Program-made: the position numbers and the translations under genes
Notes under the pieces: generated by a model
Database searches by the model: none
What the model was told of the DNA's origin: nothing
Seen by the model: only the letters and a program-made list of their open reading frames with translations
In this document: piece by piece, positions 1 through 10,232 of the stretch
Layout: each line of letters starts with the position of its first letter
Numbering within the stretch: the stretch's first letter is position 1
NCBI RefSeq assembly: GCF_043950625.1
Contig: NZ_CP171007.1
DNA: 32,000 nucleotides
Strand: one strand, 5' to 3'
Source: Alkanindiges sp. WGS2144
GTDB lineage: Bacteria; Pseudomonadota; Gammaproteobacteria; Pseudomonadales; Moraxellaceae

Positions 1-549
1 ATCCGGGAATTTAATGGCATCCTGAATAAAAAATACTGGAATGTCATTACCCACCAAATCAAAGATGCCTTCCTCTGTATAGAATTTCACCGCAAAACCA
101 CGGGTATCACGTACTGTATCTGAAGTACCACGCGGCCCCTGTACCGGCGAGAAGCGAGCAAATACTGGCGTTTGCTTGCCAGGATCTTGCAGGAAACCAG
201 CCTTGGTTAGCTCAGCATGATTTTTGTAAGGCTGAAAATAGCCATGCGCGGCAGCACCACGAGCATGCACTACCCGCTCTGGAATACGCTCATGATCAAA
301 GTGAGTAATTTTTTCACGGAAAATAAAATCCTCCAGCAGCGATGGGCCTCGCTCTCCCGCTGTTAAGGTATTCTGGTCATCTGATATTTTAACACCCTGA
401 TTAGTGCGTAAGGCCTGATTCGTTGCATCAGCTTTGTGTTGCTCTAGCTGCTCATTTTTTTCTGAGATATTTTGGCGATCAAGCGTTGCCTTACCAGCTA
501 CTTCAGTTTTAAAAGCATCATTATCGGTTTGCGGGTTTTTGATCATCAT
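1..549 (-). CDS. katE: Catalase, N-terminal part; gene continues past the left window edge. Probably large-subunit HPII type.
   Basis: Not in the ORF track because it runs off the window. My minus-strand translation from the ATG at 549 gives [10 protein letters not shown]...[44 protein letters not shown]...[39 protein letters not shown]. This is the conserved catalase N-terminal core. The ~70-aa extension before it is typical of large-subunit catalases. The frame is intact over all 183 codons. Confidence 0.9.
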   Translation of the reverse strand, partial: MMIKNPQTDNDAFKTEVAGKATLDRQNISEKNEQLEQHKADATNQALRTNQGVKISDDQNTLTAGERGPSLLEDFIFREKITHFDHERIPERVVHARGAAAHGYFQPYKNHAELTKAGFLQDPGKQTPVFARFSPVQGPRGTSDTVRDTRGFAVKFYTEEGIFDLVGNDIPVFFIQDAIKFPD

Positions 550-787
550 ATGCTCCAGTTCACAAGTTATGCTTTTTGGCGGCCAGGCCATAAAACAGAG
601 CACCTGTTGGGGTGACTAGCGCCATGAATAAGGTAAATTAAAAACAGCCGCAATATGGAGGTATGCTTCATAACACAACAAAACACGATGCTGCGCTAAC
701 ATTACAAGATCGTGCTAAAAGATACGCCAGGGAACATTTTTTAATTATTGTGACAGGTAGCAAAGATAAAAATCAGCGATAAAAAAC

Positions 788-808
788 CCCGCAACTATAA
801 CTTGCGGG
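788..808. terminator. Rho-independent terminator hairpin, bidirectional in shape; sits just downstream of fba on the minus strand.
   Basis: 7-bp stem cccgcaa/ttgcggg with a 7-nt loop. An A6 run precedes it and a T5 run follows it, so it reads as hairpin plus U-tract on both strands. Confidence 0.6.
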
Positions 809-834
809 TTTTTGGCAACTTAATGCGCTGATGA

Positions 835-1875
835 CTATTTTTTGTAGCGATCAACCATTTTTTCCAGAGAAATGGGATTGATCTTACTGGCGTGACCAGC
901 AGTACCAAATGCCTCATAACGTGCCACGCAAATATCCTGCATAGCCGTAACCGTTTTGGCAAAAAACTTACGTGGGTCAAATTCGGATGGATTGGTTGCC
1001 AGTTCACGACGGATAGCACCTGTTGAAGCCAGACGCAAATCAGTATCAATATTGATTTTACGCACACCATGCTTAATCGCTTCTACCAACTGCTCTACAG
1101 GCACGCCATAAGTTTCTTTAATTTCGCCGCCATATTGATTGATAATGGCTAACCAGTCCTGCGGTACTGAGCTGGAACCATGCATCACCAGATGGGTATT
1201 TGGAATACGGGCATGAATTTCCTTGATGCGCTCAATGGCCAGAATGTCATCGGTTGGTGGGCGGGTAAATTTATAAGCCCCATGGCTAGTACCCACTGCA
1301 ATTGCCAGTGCGTCCACACCGGTATCAGCCACAAATTGTGCGGCCTCTTCCGGATCAGTCAACAATTGCGAATGGTCCAGTACACCTTCTGCACCAATCC
1401 CATCTTCTTCACCAGCCATACCGGTTTCCAGACTGCCCAGGCAACCAATTTCTCCTTCAACAGACACACCACAGGCATGCGCCAGTTCTACTACACGGCG
1501 GGTTACCTGCACATTGTAGTCATAGTCCGTCGGGGTCTTGCCGTCTTCGCCCAGTGAACCATCCATCATCACGGAGCTAAAGCCTAACTGGATAGAACGC
1601 TGACAAACATCTGGGCTAGTGCCATGATCCTGATGCATAACCACAGGAATATGTGGCCATTCTTCAATAGCTGCCAGAATCAGATGACGTAAAAAAGGTG
1701 CTCCAGCATATTTGCGTGCGCCTGCACTGGCCTGCACAATCACTGGAGAATTCGTTTGGTCTGCTGCCAGCATAATCGCGCGCATTTGTTCTAAATTATT
1801 GACATTAAAAGCAGGAACACCATAGTTATATTCAGCTGCATGGTCGAGCAGCTGGCGCAGGGAAATCAGTGCCAT
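835..1875 (-). CDS. fba: Fructose-1,6-bisphosphate aldolase, class II
   Basis: 346-aa ORF with class II FBA hallmarks ([34 protein letters not shown]). Adjacent to pgk, as in many proteobacteria. Confidence 0.95.
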   Translation of the reverse strand: MALISLRQLLDHAAEYNYGVPAFNVNNLEQMRAIMLAADQTNSPVIVQASAGARKYAGAPFLRHLILAAIEEWPHIPVVMHQDHGTSPDVCQRSIQLGFSSVMMDGSLGEDGKTPTDYDYNVQVTRRVVELAHACGVSVEGEIGCLGSLETGMAGEEDGIGAEGVLDHSQLLTDPEEAAQFVADTGVDALAIAVGTSHGAYKFTRPPTDDILAIERIKEIHARIPNTHLVMHGSSSVPQDWLAIINQYGGEIKETYGVPVEQLVEAIKHGVRKINIDTDLRLASTGAIRRELATNPSEFDPRKFFAKTVTAMQDICVARYEAFGTAGHASKINPISLEKMVDRYKK

Positions 1876-1990
1876 ATTATCCTCCAGAAAATTAGGCTAA
1901 TTCTAACCTGTGTCAAGCAATAAGTCAGTGATATAAAGTATTTTAATTATTGATAGTACACTCTTTTAAAAAAGAAGAGACCTCAAATAA

Positions 1991-2017
1991 CAAATCCCGT
2001 AGCAAGTACGGGATTTG
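1991..2017 (-). terminator. Rho-independent terminator downstream of the 2031..2435 lipoprotein gene
   Basis: Perfect 11-bp stem caaatcccgta/tacgggatttg with a 5-nt loop, followed on the minus strand by the T-rich ttatttgagg. Confidence 0.6.
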
Positions 2018-2030
2018 TTGAGACACCAGA

Positions 2031-2435
2031 CTAGCGGGCGTTATTGTCAGTTGCCGCAGCGGCAGCCTGATTGGCAGCTTTTGCAGCAGAGTTGGCCGCA
2101 TCAGCTGCTGACTGGGCAGCGTCAGCCGCAGAATTGTCGGCATTGGTCGCGTTTGCTGTACCTGTAGTAGTCGTGGTATCGGTAGTACCTGTCATATCTG
2201 TAGTACCCGCCATACCAGTATTGGTATCGGTAGTGCCGGTCATTGTCGTGTCAGTAGTATCGTTGGTCATGTCAGTCATGGTATTGTCAGTCGTTGTCGC
2301 TGCATAATCCATGTTGGCACGGGTATCAGCTGCCGCTGAGTCAGCCACTGCATCAGCATTTTGCTTGGTACGATCACTACAAGCACCCAAAGCAAAAGGA
2401 ATCGTCAGTGCTGCAATTAATAGAGCCTGTTTCAT
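2031..2435 (-). CDS. Small lipoprotein with a Thr/Asp/Met-rich low-complexity core; paralog of 2934..3305
   Basis: Signal peptide plus lipobox (MKQALLIAALTIPFALGAC|S). The central part is T/D/M-rich low complexity and the C-terminus is Ala-rich (AAQSAADAANSAAKAANQAAAAA). The N- and C-termini align with the neighbouring lipoprotein. Confidence 0.7.
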   Translation of the reverse strand: MKQALLIAALTIPFALGACSDRTKQNADAVADSAAADTRANMDYAATTTDNTMTDMTNDTTDTTMTGTTDTNTGMAGTTDMTGTTDTTTTTGTANATNADNSAADAAQSAADAANSAAKAANQAAAAATDNNAR

Positions 2436-2457
2436 ATAATCACCTCATTAAATGGAT

Positions 2458-2700
2458 TTATTTATCAATATAACTTTAACGCCATAAACCAGCATTCTGT
2501 GACACCCTGCATATACATGCCTCCAGAAAAGGAATGTCCCAGCACTTAGCCTATAGCTACCATGATTGGATACTTCATATTTATCAATCGCTGACAGCGT
2601 AGCATCGCCATTAATGCACGAAAAGTGCCCAATGTCTGTAATTCCCTGTGCAAGTGTTTAAGTTGCGTTACCACCGCCAACATCCTGAAACACAACAATA
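2458..2700 (-). pseudogene. Decayed duplicate of the 3' end of pgk (about the last 80 codons)
   Basis: Aligns by eye with pgk 3331-3570 at an offset of about 871-873 nt. One exact 25-nt run gatacttcatatttatcaatcgctg occurs at 2569-2593 and 3440-3464. Flanking blocks match too (ctccagaaaag; caagtgttt.agtt.cgttacc). The copy has substitutions and indels and no intact frame. Confidence 0.65.
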
Positions 2701-2881
2701 ATCCTGGCTTTTAAAATATTTAAAAAAATAATTGTAGGGATGTAAACGAGTTAGGAATTAAGGAGACCTCCTCACATTAGTGAAGCAAGGCTTATTTTTC
2801 ATGGTAATTTTAATCGTTCACTGACGGTTGATTACAAAAAATATAAACTCGTATCTTCCTTGAATTCTGGCTAATAAAAAA

Positions 2882-2902
2882 ACCTCGTAACAAATACGAG
2901 GT
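2882..2902 (-). terminator. Rho-independent terminator downstream of the 2934..3305 lipoprotein gene
   Basis: 8-bp stem acctcgta/tacgaggt with a 5-nt loop. An A-run precedes it and a T6 run follows it, so a U-tract is present on either strand. Confidence 0.6.
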
Positions 2903-2933
2903 TTTTTAACAACTTTATATAAGCTCAAGCTGC

Positions 2934-3305
2934 TTATCGGGCTTCGGCCGCCTGCTCAGCAGCATTTTGGTCAGCTTTGGCAGCTGCCCTGTCAGCTGCA
3001 TCTGCCGTGGCATGCGCAGCATCGGCCGCAGACTGTGCTGCTCTTGCCTGAGCATCGGCCGTTGCATCTCCAACTGCGTCCGCTGCATTAATGGCTGTAC
3101 CAGCAACCACTGCACCAGCAGTTTTGGCAGCATCAGCAGTTTCCTGAGCAGCCTGCTCACCAGCAACCTGAGCACGGTCAGCAGCAATACTTGCATCCTG
3201 AGCCGCCGAATCAGCTGTGGCTGCTGCATGTTCCTGCGTACGCTCACTACAAGCAACCAGAGAAAAAGGAATGGTCAGTGCAGCAATAAGTAAAATACGT
3301 TTCAT
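2934..3305 (-). CDS. Small Ala/Asp/Gln-rich lipoprotein; paralog of 2031..2435
   Basis: Signal peptide plus lipobox (MKRILLIAALTIPFSLVAC|S). The mature part is Ala-rich and predicted helical, with repeated AADA/AAQ motifs. It shares the N-terminus and the AAQSAADAA block with the 2031..2435 product. Confidence 0.7.
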   Translation of the reverse strand: MKRILLIAALTIPFSLVACSERTQEHAAATADSAAQDASIAADRAQVAGEQAAQETADAAKTAGAVVAGTAINAADAVGDATADAQARAAQSAADAAHATADAADRAAAKADQNAAEQAAEAR

Positions 3306-3330
3306 AAGTTACCTCACGAACAAAGTAAAA

Positions 3331-4527
3331 TTAGTTATTGGAATAACGCTCGGTTAATACTGCAACCGCTGGCAAAACCTTCCCTTCAACAAACTCCAGA
3401 AAAGCACCACCACCTGTTGAGATATAACCAATTTGATTAGATACTTCATATTTATCAATCGCTGCCAGCGTATCACCGCCTCCGGCAATAGAAAAGCCTT
3501 CACTGTCTGCAATTGCTTTAGCAAGTGTTTGAGTTCCGTTACCGTAAGCATCTACCTCAAATACACCTACCGGGCCATTCCACAAAATCGTTTTGGCCTG
3601 CTTTAAGGCGTGTGCAAATTGCTGTGCAGTCTGGGGACCAATATCCAGAATCATGTCATTGGCGTCAATATCAGCTACATTCTTGGTCACTGGCTGGCTA
3701 TTGCTTACCGACCCAATAAAATCATCAAAATTAAACTGGCTGGCATCTGCAACCACTACATCTACCGGCAATGGAATATTAACCTTGGCAGCAATAGCCC
3801 GGGCCGTGTCGATCATATCGGCTTCAATAAGTGATTTGCCCACGTTATAACCAGCCGCGGCCAGGAACGTATTGGCAATACCACCGCCCACTATCAGCTG
3901 GTCACAAATGCCAGACAATGAATTAAGCACATCCAGTTTGGTCGAAACCTTGGAGCCAGCGACGATGGCAACCATGGGTTTTTCCGGTGCCTGCATGGCA
4001 CGACCCAGCGCATCCAGCTCAGCAGCCAGTAATGGCCCAGCGGCGGCCACCCTGGCCAGACGTGCTACTCCTTCTGTAGATGCTTCAGCCCGGTGTGCGG
4101 TACCAAAAGCATCCATGACAAATACATCACACAGGCTGGCATATTGTTGTGCCAGCTCGTGGCTGTTTTTCTTCTCGCCCTTGTTAAAGCGCACGTTTTC
4201 CAGTAACACCACCTGTCCTGGATTGACTTCAACGCCATTTAAATAGTCAGTTTTTAGTTCAACAGTCTGACCCAACGCCCGGGATAAATAGTCCGCAACA
4301 GGCGCAAGTGATTGCTCAGGTTTTGGCTCGCCTTCCACCGGACGACCAAGATGTGAGCATACCATTACGGCAGCGCCCTGTTTTAATGCCTGCTGAATGG
4401 TTGGAAGTGCAGCACGCAACCGCGCATCGCTGGTGATCTGCCCTCCTTTTACTGGTACATTCAAATCTTCACGGATCAGGACACGCTTAGCCGTTAAATC
4501 CAGGTCGGTCATGCGTTGAAAATTCAT
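3331..4527 (-). CDS. pgk: Phosphoglycerate kinase
   Basis: 398-aa ORF with an N-terminal [12 protein letters not shown] motif, a C-terminal [10 protein letters not shown] motif, and typical length. Confidence 0.95.
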   Translation of the reverse strand: MNFQRMTDLDLTAKRVLIREDLNVPVKGGQITSDARLRAALPTIQQALKQGAAVMVCSHLGRPVEGEPKPEQSLAPVADYLSRALGQTVELKTDYLNGVEVNPGQVVLLENVRFNKGEKKNSHELAQQYASLCDVFVMDAFGTAHRAEASTEGVARLARVAAAGPLLAAELDALGRAMQAPEKPMVAIVAGSKVSTKLDVLNSLSGICDQLIVGGGIANTFLAAAGYNVGKSLIEADMIDTARAIAAKVNIPLPVDVVVADASQFNFDDFIGSVSNSQPVTKNVADIDANDMILDIGPQTAQQFAHALKQAKTILWNGPVGVFEVDAYGNGTQTLAKAIADSEGFSIAGGGDTLAAIDKYEVSNQIGYISTGGGAFLEFVEGKVLPAVAVLTERYSNN

Positions 4528-4721
4528 TTTTTAATCTCTGCCTTCTTACCAAAAGAGTTACCAAATATCTGACGCGAATGGTAAAGCAAATCATTAGGGG
4601 AATCCATGCTTCAATTTACGAAGAAATAATGTAAATTAGCCAAAGATATTAGACAAACAGGTGTTAAAATTTTATGGTTTACACAGCTATATCACTCTTT
4701 TAGGTTTTGGATCTGTTTTTT

Positions 4722-5105
4722 ATGTCAATTCATCCTGTTCCTGCCCAAAATATCCGAAACGTTCTGGGTGAGCGCTTAGCCAGTTGCTGCTTTGATCCGG
4801 TAACCGGTTTTTTTCGTGATGGCTTTTGTCATACCGGAGCTTATGATTTGGGACAACACACCGTTTGCGCTCAAATGACTTCCGAATTTCTAAATTTCTC
4901 ACAGCGGGCTGGCAATGATCTTACTACCCCACTACCAGAAATTGGATTTGATGGTCTACAACCGGGTGACTTCTGGTGCATTTGTGTAAGACGCTGGAAA
5001 GAAGCATATGATGCTGGTGTTGCACCACCCGTTAAATTACAGGCCTGTCATGAGCAGGCTTTGGATTTTGTATCTATAGAGGTGCTACGCCGTTATGCGA
5101 TTTAG
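4722..5105 (+). CDS. DUF2237 family protein
   Basis: Pattern NVLGE.L..CC.DP.TGF.RDG.C.TG..D.G.H.VCA.MT.EFL.FS...GNDL.TP matches my memory of DUF2237. I prefer the ATG at 4722 over the track's TTG at 4707; the start is uncertain because there is no clear SD. Confidence 0.75.
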   Translation: MSIHPVPAQNIRNVLGERLASCCFDPVTGFFRDGFCHTGAYDLGQHTVCAQMTSEFLNFSQRAGNDLTTPLPEIGFDGLQPGDFWCICVRRWKEAYDAGVAPPVKLQACHEQALDFVSIEVLRRYAI

Positions 5106-5700
5106 TTCTTCTACCCCGCCAATTATTCTGGCTTCTACTTCAAGTACACGCCGGCAGTTGCTGTCACGCCTGAATGTTCCCTTTGACGTGATATCCCCTG
5201 AAGTTGACGAAGTACCGTTTGAACAGGAATCTGCCCAAACGCTGGCCTGTCGTCTGGCTGAACAAAAAGCCGGTGTGGTCGCAGCCCAGTTTCCTCATGC
5301 TTTGGTCATTGGTTCTGACCAGGTGGTGTGGATAGAAAACCAGCCCAATGTTTTTCTGGGAAAACCCTTAAGCGCTCCGCGTGCTTATGAGCAGTTGCGT
5401 ATGCTATCCGGGCAGCTGGTTCATTTTGAAACCGCTGTCAATGTGCAGTGTCCACAACTGGATATCAATAAAACCGAGCTGGTGCGTTTTTTGGTGCATT
5501 TTCGTACTTTAAGCGCTACCGAAATTCAGCGCTATGTGGCTTATGACCAGCCATTTAACTGTGCAGGCAGTATCAAGGCAGAAAGCTTGGGAATTAGCTT
5601 GTTTGAAGCCATGCACGGTGAAGATTTTACGGCATTATTGGGGCTGCCGCTTATTAAGCTTAGCCAGATGCTAAGAGCCGTGGGCTGGAGTACTCCCTAA
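5095..5700 (+). CDS. maf: Maf-like nucleoside triphosphate pyrophosphatase (YceF-type)
   Basis: 201-aa ORF with Maf family patterns (ILASTS..R..LL..L...F.V..P.VDE, GSDQV, KP, CAGS.K.E..GI.L). The start overlaps the preceding gene by 11 nt. Confidence 0.85.
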   Translation: MRFSSSTPPIILASTSSTRRQLLSRLNVPFDVISPEVDEVPFEQESAQTLACRLAEQKAGVVAAQFPHALVIGSDQVVWIENQPNVFLGKPLSAPRAYEQLRMLSGQLVHFETAVNVQCPQLDINKTELVRFLVHFRTLSATEIQRYVAYDQPFNCAGSIKAESLGISLFEAMHGEDFTALLGLPLIKLSQMLRAVGWSTP

Positions 5701-5716
5701 CCCTTAATATTAAAAA

Positions 5717-5740
5717 AACCCAGCTATAATAGTCTGGGTT
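5717..5740. terminator. Rho-independent terminator after maf, bidirectional in shape
   Basis: 7-bp stem aacccag/ctgggtt, flanked by an A7 run upstream and a T7 run downstream. Confidence 0.55.
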
Positions 5741-5820
5741 TTTTTAATACAAGATTAACCAGTGCTAAAACAACAAAGCTCTAAAAGAACAAGGCTGTTT
5801 TTTTAACTGGATTTAAACCC

Positions 5821-7698
5821 TTAGCTGGCGCGACGTAAACCTTGCTTTTTTAAGGTGACCATGAGCAAATGCACCGCTGAAGGCGTCACACCGGGAATGC
5901 GGCCAGCCTGTGCCAGACTGGCTGGTCGAATTTCCTTTAATTTCTGGGTAATCTCACGGGACAGGCCAGATACTGCATCATAATCAAAATCAGCAGGTAA
6001 TACTGTTTGCTCCAGTTTTTTAAGCTGTGCCACGTCATCTTGCTGACGGTCAATATAACCGGCATATTTGACTGCAATTTCAATTTGCTCACCTACTCCT
6101 TGCGACACTTCAGAGTCAGTAAGGGCTGCAATCTGGGAAAAATTTACATTAGGACGCTTAAGCAAATCAATGGCGCTGCACTCCTTGCTTAATACCTCAC
6201 CAGTTTGTTCTACAAAGCGCTGCCCCAGTTTATTGTTAGGCGCTGCCCATAAGGCCCGTAAACGCGCAGTTTCTTTTTCAACACTTTCCATTTTTTCACA
6301 AAAATGCGCCCAGCGAACATCATCCACCAAACCCAGCTCACGGCCAATGGCAGTTAAACGCTGATCGGCATTATCTTCGCGTAGCATGAGACGATATTCG
6401 GCACGGCTGGTAAACATGCGATACGGTTCTTTAGTACCCAGCGTGATTAAGTCATCCACCAGTACACCAATGTATGCTTGGTCACGACTTGGCGACCAGC
6501 CCTCCTGATCCCAGGCACGACGCGCTGCATTTAGCCCGGCTAGCAAGCCTTGTGCACCCGCTTCTTCATAGCCTGTTGTGCCGTTAATTTGCCCGGCAAA
6601 AAACAGGTTATTGATTGACTTGGTTTCCAGTGTTGGCTTAAGTGCCTGTGGATTGAAGTAATCGTATTCAATGGCGTAGCCTGGACGAAGGATATGCGCA
6701 TTTTCCATACCTTTGATGGAACGTACCAGTTTAAACTGGATATCAAACGGCAGACTGGTTGAAATACCATTTGGATAAAGCTCATGTGTAGTTAAGCCTT
6801 CTGGCTCCAGAAAAATCTGGTGGCTATCCTTATCACTAAAGCGATGGATTTTGTCTTCAATGGATGGACAGTAACGTGGGCCTACCCCTTCAATTACCCC
6901 AGTGTACATGGGCGAGCGATCCAGTCCACTACGGATAATGTCATGGGTTTGCTGGTTAGTATGCGTAATATAGCAATTAATTTGCCGCGGATGCATTGAG
7001 GCATCACCCATAAATGACATGACCGGCGTTGGCGTATCACCCGGTTGCGCGGTCATCACCGAAAAATCAACACTACGCGCATCAATACGGGGTGGCGTAC
7101 CGGTTTTTAAACGGCCAACTGGCAGATTTAATTCACGCAAGCGATCAGCCAATGCAATGGATGGTGGGTCACCAGCACGGCCGCCTTTAGACTGCTGCAT
7201 GCCAATATGAATGACACCACCTAGAAACGTACCAGTAGTCAGCACCACGGTTTTGGTGTCAAAGCGGATACCCATCTGGGTTACTACGCCCTTAACCGTA
7301 TCGCCTTCTACAATTAAATCATCCGCGGCCTGCTGGAAAATATCCAGATTGGGCTGGTTTTCCAGCACTTCACGAATGGCTGCCTTAAATAAAATCCGGT
7401 CAGCCTGTGCCCGGGTTGCACGCACCGCCGCGCCTTTGCGTGCATTGAGCACCCGAAACTGAATACCGCCTTTGTCAGCAGCCAATGCCATGGCTCCCCC
7501 CAGCGCATCAATTTCACGCACCAGATGTGACTTGCCAATCCCACCAATAGCCGGATTGCAGCTCATTTGCCCCAAAGTCTCAATATTATGCGTGAGTAGC
7601 AGGGTTTGTCGCCCCATACGTGCTGCTGCCAGTGCTGCTTCTGTACCAGCATGGCCACCGCCAATTACAATCACGTCATACGCTTTTGGGTAGTGCAT
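5821..7698 (-). CDS. mnmG: tRNA uridine-5-carboxymethylaminomethyl modification enzyme MnmG (GidA)
   Basis: 625-aa ORF with an N-terminal FAD fold ([15 protein letters not shown]) and conserved MnmG blocks throughout ([27 protein letters not shown]). Confidence 0.95.
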   Translation of the reverse strand: MHYPKAYDVIVIGGGHAGTEAALAAARMGRQTLLLTHNIETLGQMSCNPAIGGIGKSHLVREIDALGGAMALAADKGGIQFRVLNARKGAAVRATRAQADRILFKAAIREVLENQPNLDIFQQAADDLIVEGDTVKGVVTQMGIRFDTKTVVLTTGTFLGGVIHIGMQQSKGGRAGDPPSIALADRLRELNLPVGRLKTGTPPRIDARSVDFSVMTAQPGDTPTPVMSFMGDASMHPRQINCYITHTNQQTHDIIRSGLDRSPMYTGVIEGVGPRYCPSIEDKIHRFSDKDSHQIFLEPEGLTTHELYPNGISTSLPFDIQFKLVRSIKGMENAHILRPGYAIEYDYFNPQALKPTLETKSINNLFFAGQINGTTGYEEAGAQGLLAGLNAARRAWDQEGWSPSRDQAYIGVLVDDLITLGTKEPYRMFTSRAEYRLMLREDNADQRLTAIGRELGLVDDVRWAHFCEKMESVEKETARLRALWAAPNNKLGQRFVEQTGEVLSKECSAIDLLKRPNVNFSQIAALTDSEVSQGVGEQIEIAVKYAGYIDRQQDDVAQLKKLEQTVLPADFDYDAVSGLSREITQKLKEIRPASLAQAGRIPGVTPSAVHLLMVTLKKQGLRRAS

Positions 7699-7864
7699 TT
7701 TGAAGTCTACAGGCTAAAAAACAGGCGGTAATTATAGTCTAATTTTGGTATTCCCCATAGGGGTAGTTAGATATTTCAAAATACCCAGCCAGCCTGAGCA
7801 CTCTACAACAATAAAGCCTGCCTGTGTTTAGGCAGAGCTGAAGTTTTTAATTAAATATAGTGCC

Positions 7865-8737
7865 TTATGTAGCGCTTTTTTTGCTCGCATCGTTACGGCT
7901 AATTATAAAACCAAACGCTGCGGCGAATATAAACATAATCACTGAGTAAATAGCTGCCGGAATGGCAACAGTCATGTTGTTCATGAGGCTTAAAGCAATC
8001 GTCAGTGCCAGGGTACCATTATGAATACCTATCTCAAAAGCACTAGCTCGTGCCTGCGCCTCGGAGATTCCAAACAGCCGTGGCACAAAATAACCCACGC
8101 ATAAACTCAAAATACAAAACATAGAGGTAGCAATACCTACATCCAGCATATATTGCATCAGGTTGGCTTTTTCCTTGAGCAAAGCACCAAGGATGATTAG
8201 TGCCAGTAAAACTACTGAAAAAACCCGAACTGGTTTATCCATGTGACGGGCAAAAACTGGCGCATACTTACGCACAACCATACCAATGGCTACTGGCAAA
8301 ATAACAATAGCAAACACCTGCAATACTTTGGAAAATTGCAGTCCCAATTGCTCATCACTATTGAGAAAGTACCGGCTGGCCCAGTTAACAATCAATGGCA
8401 GGGTAAATACTGCCAGAATAGAATTGATCGCGGTAAGTGTGATGTTTAACGCAACATCACCACGAAACAGAAAACTATATAAGTTAGCCGTTGCCCCACC
8501 CGGAGAAGCAGCTAGCAGCATCATGCCAAGAGCCAGTAAAGGCGATAGATTAAGTATCTGCGTAATGACAAATGCCAGTCCGGTTAGTATCACCAGCTGA
8601 CAGATCAGTGCAATAACCACTGCTTTTGGGTGCTGCGCCACCCGGGAAAAATCCTTAAGGCTCAGCTCTAAACCTAGCCCCATCATTACCACGGCCAGTG
8701 CAAGTGGCAACAACTGCACCATTAAACCTGATTCCAT
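7865..8737 (-). CDS. Bile acid:sodium symporter (BASS) family transporter
   Basis: 290-aa polytopic membrane protein with BASS-like segments (LLAASPGG..AN.Y; IGIHNG.LA). Assigned from memory of the family pattern. Confidence 0.75.
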   Translation of the reverse strand: MESGLMVQLLPLALAVVMMGLGLELSLKDFSRVAQHPKAVVIALICQLVILTGLAFVITQILNLSPLLALGMMLLAASPGGATANLYSFLFRGDVALNITLTAINSILAVFTLPLIVNWASRYFLNSDEQLGLQFSKVLQVFAIVILPVAIGMVVRKYAPVFARHMDKPVRVFSVVLLALIILGALLKEKANLMQYMLDVGIATSMFCILSLCVGYFVPRLFGISEAQARASAFEIGIHNGTLALTIALSLMNNMTVAIPAAIYSVIMFIFAAAFGFIISRNDASKKSAT

Positions 8738-8823
8738 TCTATTGCTCCAGCAGCTAGGACTAAAAAGCCTGATTTTTCATTATCCTGAACTACCACATTA
8801 ACAAAGATTTCCCTATAAAAAAA

Positions 8824-8845
8824 CCCGTCAAATTTATTTGACGGG
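8824..8845 (-). terminator. Rho-independent terminator of alkB
   Basis: Palindrome cccgtcaaat/atttgacggg. On the minus strand it is followed by a T7 run (the plus strand shows aaaaaaa before the hairpin). It lies 40 nt downstream of the alkB stop. Confidence 0.7.
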
Positions 8846-8887
8846 CTGATCAATAATGACAGGCAAGCGATAGACTCAGGTTATTTG

Positions 8888-10081
8888 TTACCCGGCCATA
8901 CCAAACTTTTTAAACAACCTTGCCCGTGCTTTTGGATAGACATTAGCTTTATTTAAATCCCCCTTATAATGATCTACCACGCGCTGATCCATCAACTTAA
9001 ACCACCATTGCGGAATAATGGCAGGCAGTAACAATGACGCATAACCAGCTGGTAACTGCGGTACGTCTTCAAAATGACGTAGAGCCTGAAATGCACGGGT
9101 TGGATAAGCATGGTGGTCAGAGTGACGCTGTAATTGATACAAAAACAGGTTAGTCACCATACTGTTACTATTCCAGCTATGCTCTGGCATGGTGCGTACA
9201 TACTTGCCATTGGGCAATTGCTCACGTTTTAAGCCATAATGTTCCAGATAATTAATCACTTCAAACAGGGTAAAGCCATAGACTGCTTGCGTCACCAGAT
9301 ACGGAATCACCCGGCGGCCAAAAATAGCAATCATGGTGGCGTGGAATGCAGCAGACATAGCCCAGCCTTGCAGCAGTTCATTATCGACTGACCAAAATCC
9401 TTTGCCTTTACGCTTTAAACGGCGGGTTTCGATTTCAATAGCGGATTTAAAACTGCCTACTACAGTACGCGGCCAGAACTGCCAGAAGCTTTCTCCCATT
9501 TGTGAAGACGCCGGATCCTCTGGTGTAGCAACACGCTTATGATGCCCGTAGGGATGCTCAACACGGAAATGAATATAACCTGTTGGTAGCAGGGCCAGAT
9601 GCGATAAGTAGTGATAAATTTTTTCTGATTTATGGCTAAGCTCGTGGGCAGTATTTAAGGCTATCCCATTGACTGCACCAATCGAAGCACCCAGAACAAT
9701 CTGATCAACTAATGGGGTTCCCTTACGGCTGGCTGCATAGGCTCCGACAACCGTGGCCAGATACTGGGCAGGAATATAAGCTTTTACAATACGCATGTAA
9801 TAAGGATCTTGTTCCAGCTCCTTGATGGCTTCTTCCGGGTGATTTTCAGCATCCGCCCCAACCATTTTATCAACGAGTGGGATGATACCGTGCAGCATAA
9901 TTGGCCCTAATGCTGACAGTACGCGTAATTTTTTCGGGGCAGCAGCATAACCTGTGGCGGCAGCCAGTCCAATGAGGGGCAAAGCAGGGCTCAATAGCCA
10001 TAAATAGCGTTTTGGGTCTTTATGTTTAGACGTCTCTAACTCACGTTGTTTTAACAAAGCCATTGGGGTGTTGGCATTCAT
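8888..10081 (-). CDS. alkB: Alkane 1-monooxygenase (integral-membrane di-iron AlkB/AlkM type)
   Basis: All signature His boxes are present: HELSHK, EHPYGHHKRVATPEDPASS, NYLEHYG and LQRHSDHHA. I prefer the ATG at 10081, which has GGAGG 8 nt upstream, over the track start at 10099. Confidence 0.9.
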   Translation of the reverse strand: MNANTPMALLKQRELETSKHKDPKRYLWLLSPALPLIGLAAATGYAAAPKKLRVLSALGPIMLHGIIPLVDKMVGADAENHPEEAIKELEQDPYYMRIVKAYIPAQYLATVVGAYAASRKGTPLVDQIVLGASIGAVNGIALNTAHELSHKSEKIYHYLSHLALLPTGYIHFRVEHPYGHHKRVATPEDPASSQMGESFWQFWPRTVVGSFKSAIEIETRRLKRKGKGFWSVDNELLQGWAMSAAFHATMIAIFGRRVIPYLVTQAVYGFTLFEVINYLEHYGLKREQLPNGKYVRTMPEHSWNSNSMVTNLFLYQLQRHSDHHAYPTRAFQALRHFEDVPQLPAGYASLLLPAIIPQWWFKLMDQRVVDHYKGDLNKANVYPKARARLFKKFGMAG

Positions 10082-10232
10082 GGAAAAGCCCTCCAGCATT
10101 ATTCATCATGCATGTATTCGCTCTATCATCACCCATCAGGCATACTTCTAATAGTTGTCAGCGTCCAGAAATTCTATTGCAGACGCTAGAAGCCATGTTT
10201 TTATTAAAAAATCTGACATAAACTCTGGATAA

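Noticed and set aside
434-619. Track ORF 434..619(+) across the catalase start
   Set aside because: It is antisense to the well-supported catalase N-terminus and the product is Cys/Ser-rich nonsense.
663-782. 39-aa plus-strand ORF (MLHNTTKHDAALTLQDRAKRYAREHFLIIVTGSKDKNQR) between katE and fba, ending at the bidirectional terminator
   Set aside because: Its placement just before a terminator is attractive, but the GGAGG is only 1 nt from the ATG, which is too close for a functional SD. I recognise no family. Worth a tblastn conservation check, but not supportable as a feature.
1180-1580. Antisense ORFs 1180..1557 and 1302..1580 inside fba; similar antisense or alternate-frame ORFs occur inside pgk, mnmG, alkB, almA, vgrG and mfd (for example 3872..4246, 7211..7462, 25453..25953)
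   Set aside because: They are fully contained in strongly supported conserved genes on the other strand or frame. They show no family resemblance and have odd composition.
1885-1916. Minus-strand TTGACA (1916-1911) with TAATTT 16 nt downstream, as the fba promoter
   Set aside because: The putative -10 lies so close to the start codon that the transcript would begin inside or after the GGAGG Shine-Dalgarno sequence. The real promoter is probably elsewhere.
2071-3293. Track ORFs 2071..2307(+), 2915..3256(-), 2967..3293(+) and 1943..2143(-), which overlap the two lipoprotein genes
   Set aside because: These are shadow frames created by the GCN/ACN-rich repetitive coding sequence. Their products are low-complexity Val- or Leu/Arg-rich strings without signal, start context or homology. 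The lipoprotein frames have signal peptides, lipoboxes and terminators.
10160-10187. Inverted hexamers AGCGTC...GACGCT in the alkB-alkR divergent region, as an AlkR operator
   Set aside because: Only 6 bp per arm with a 16-nt spacer and no extension of the symmetry. Too weak to call without comparative data.
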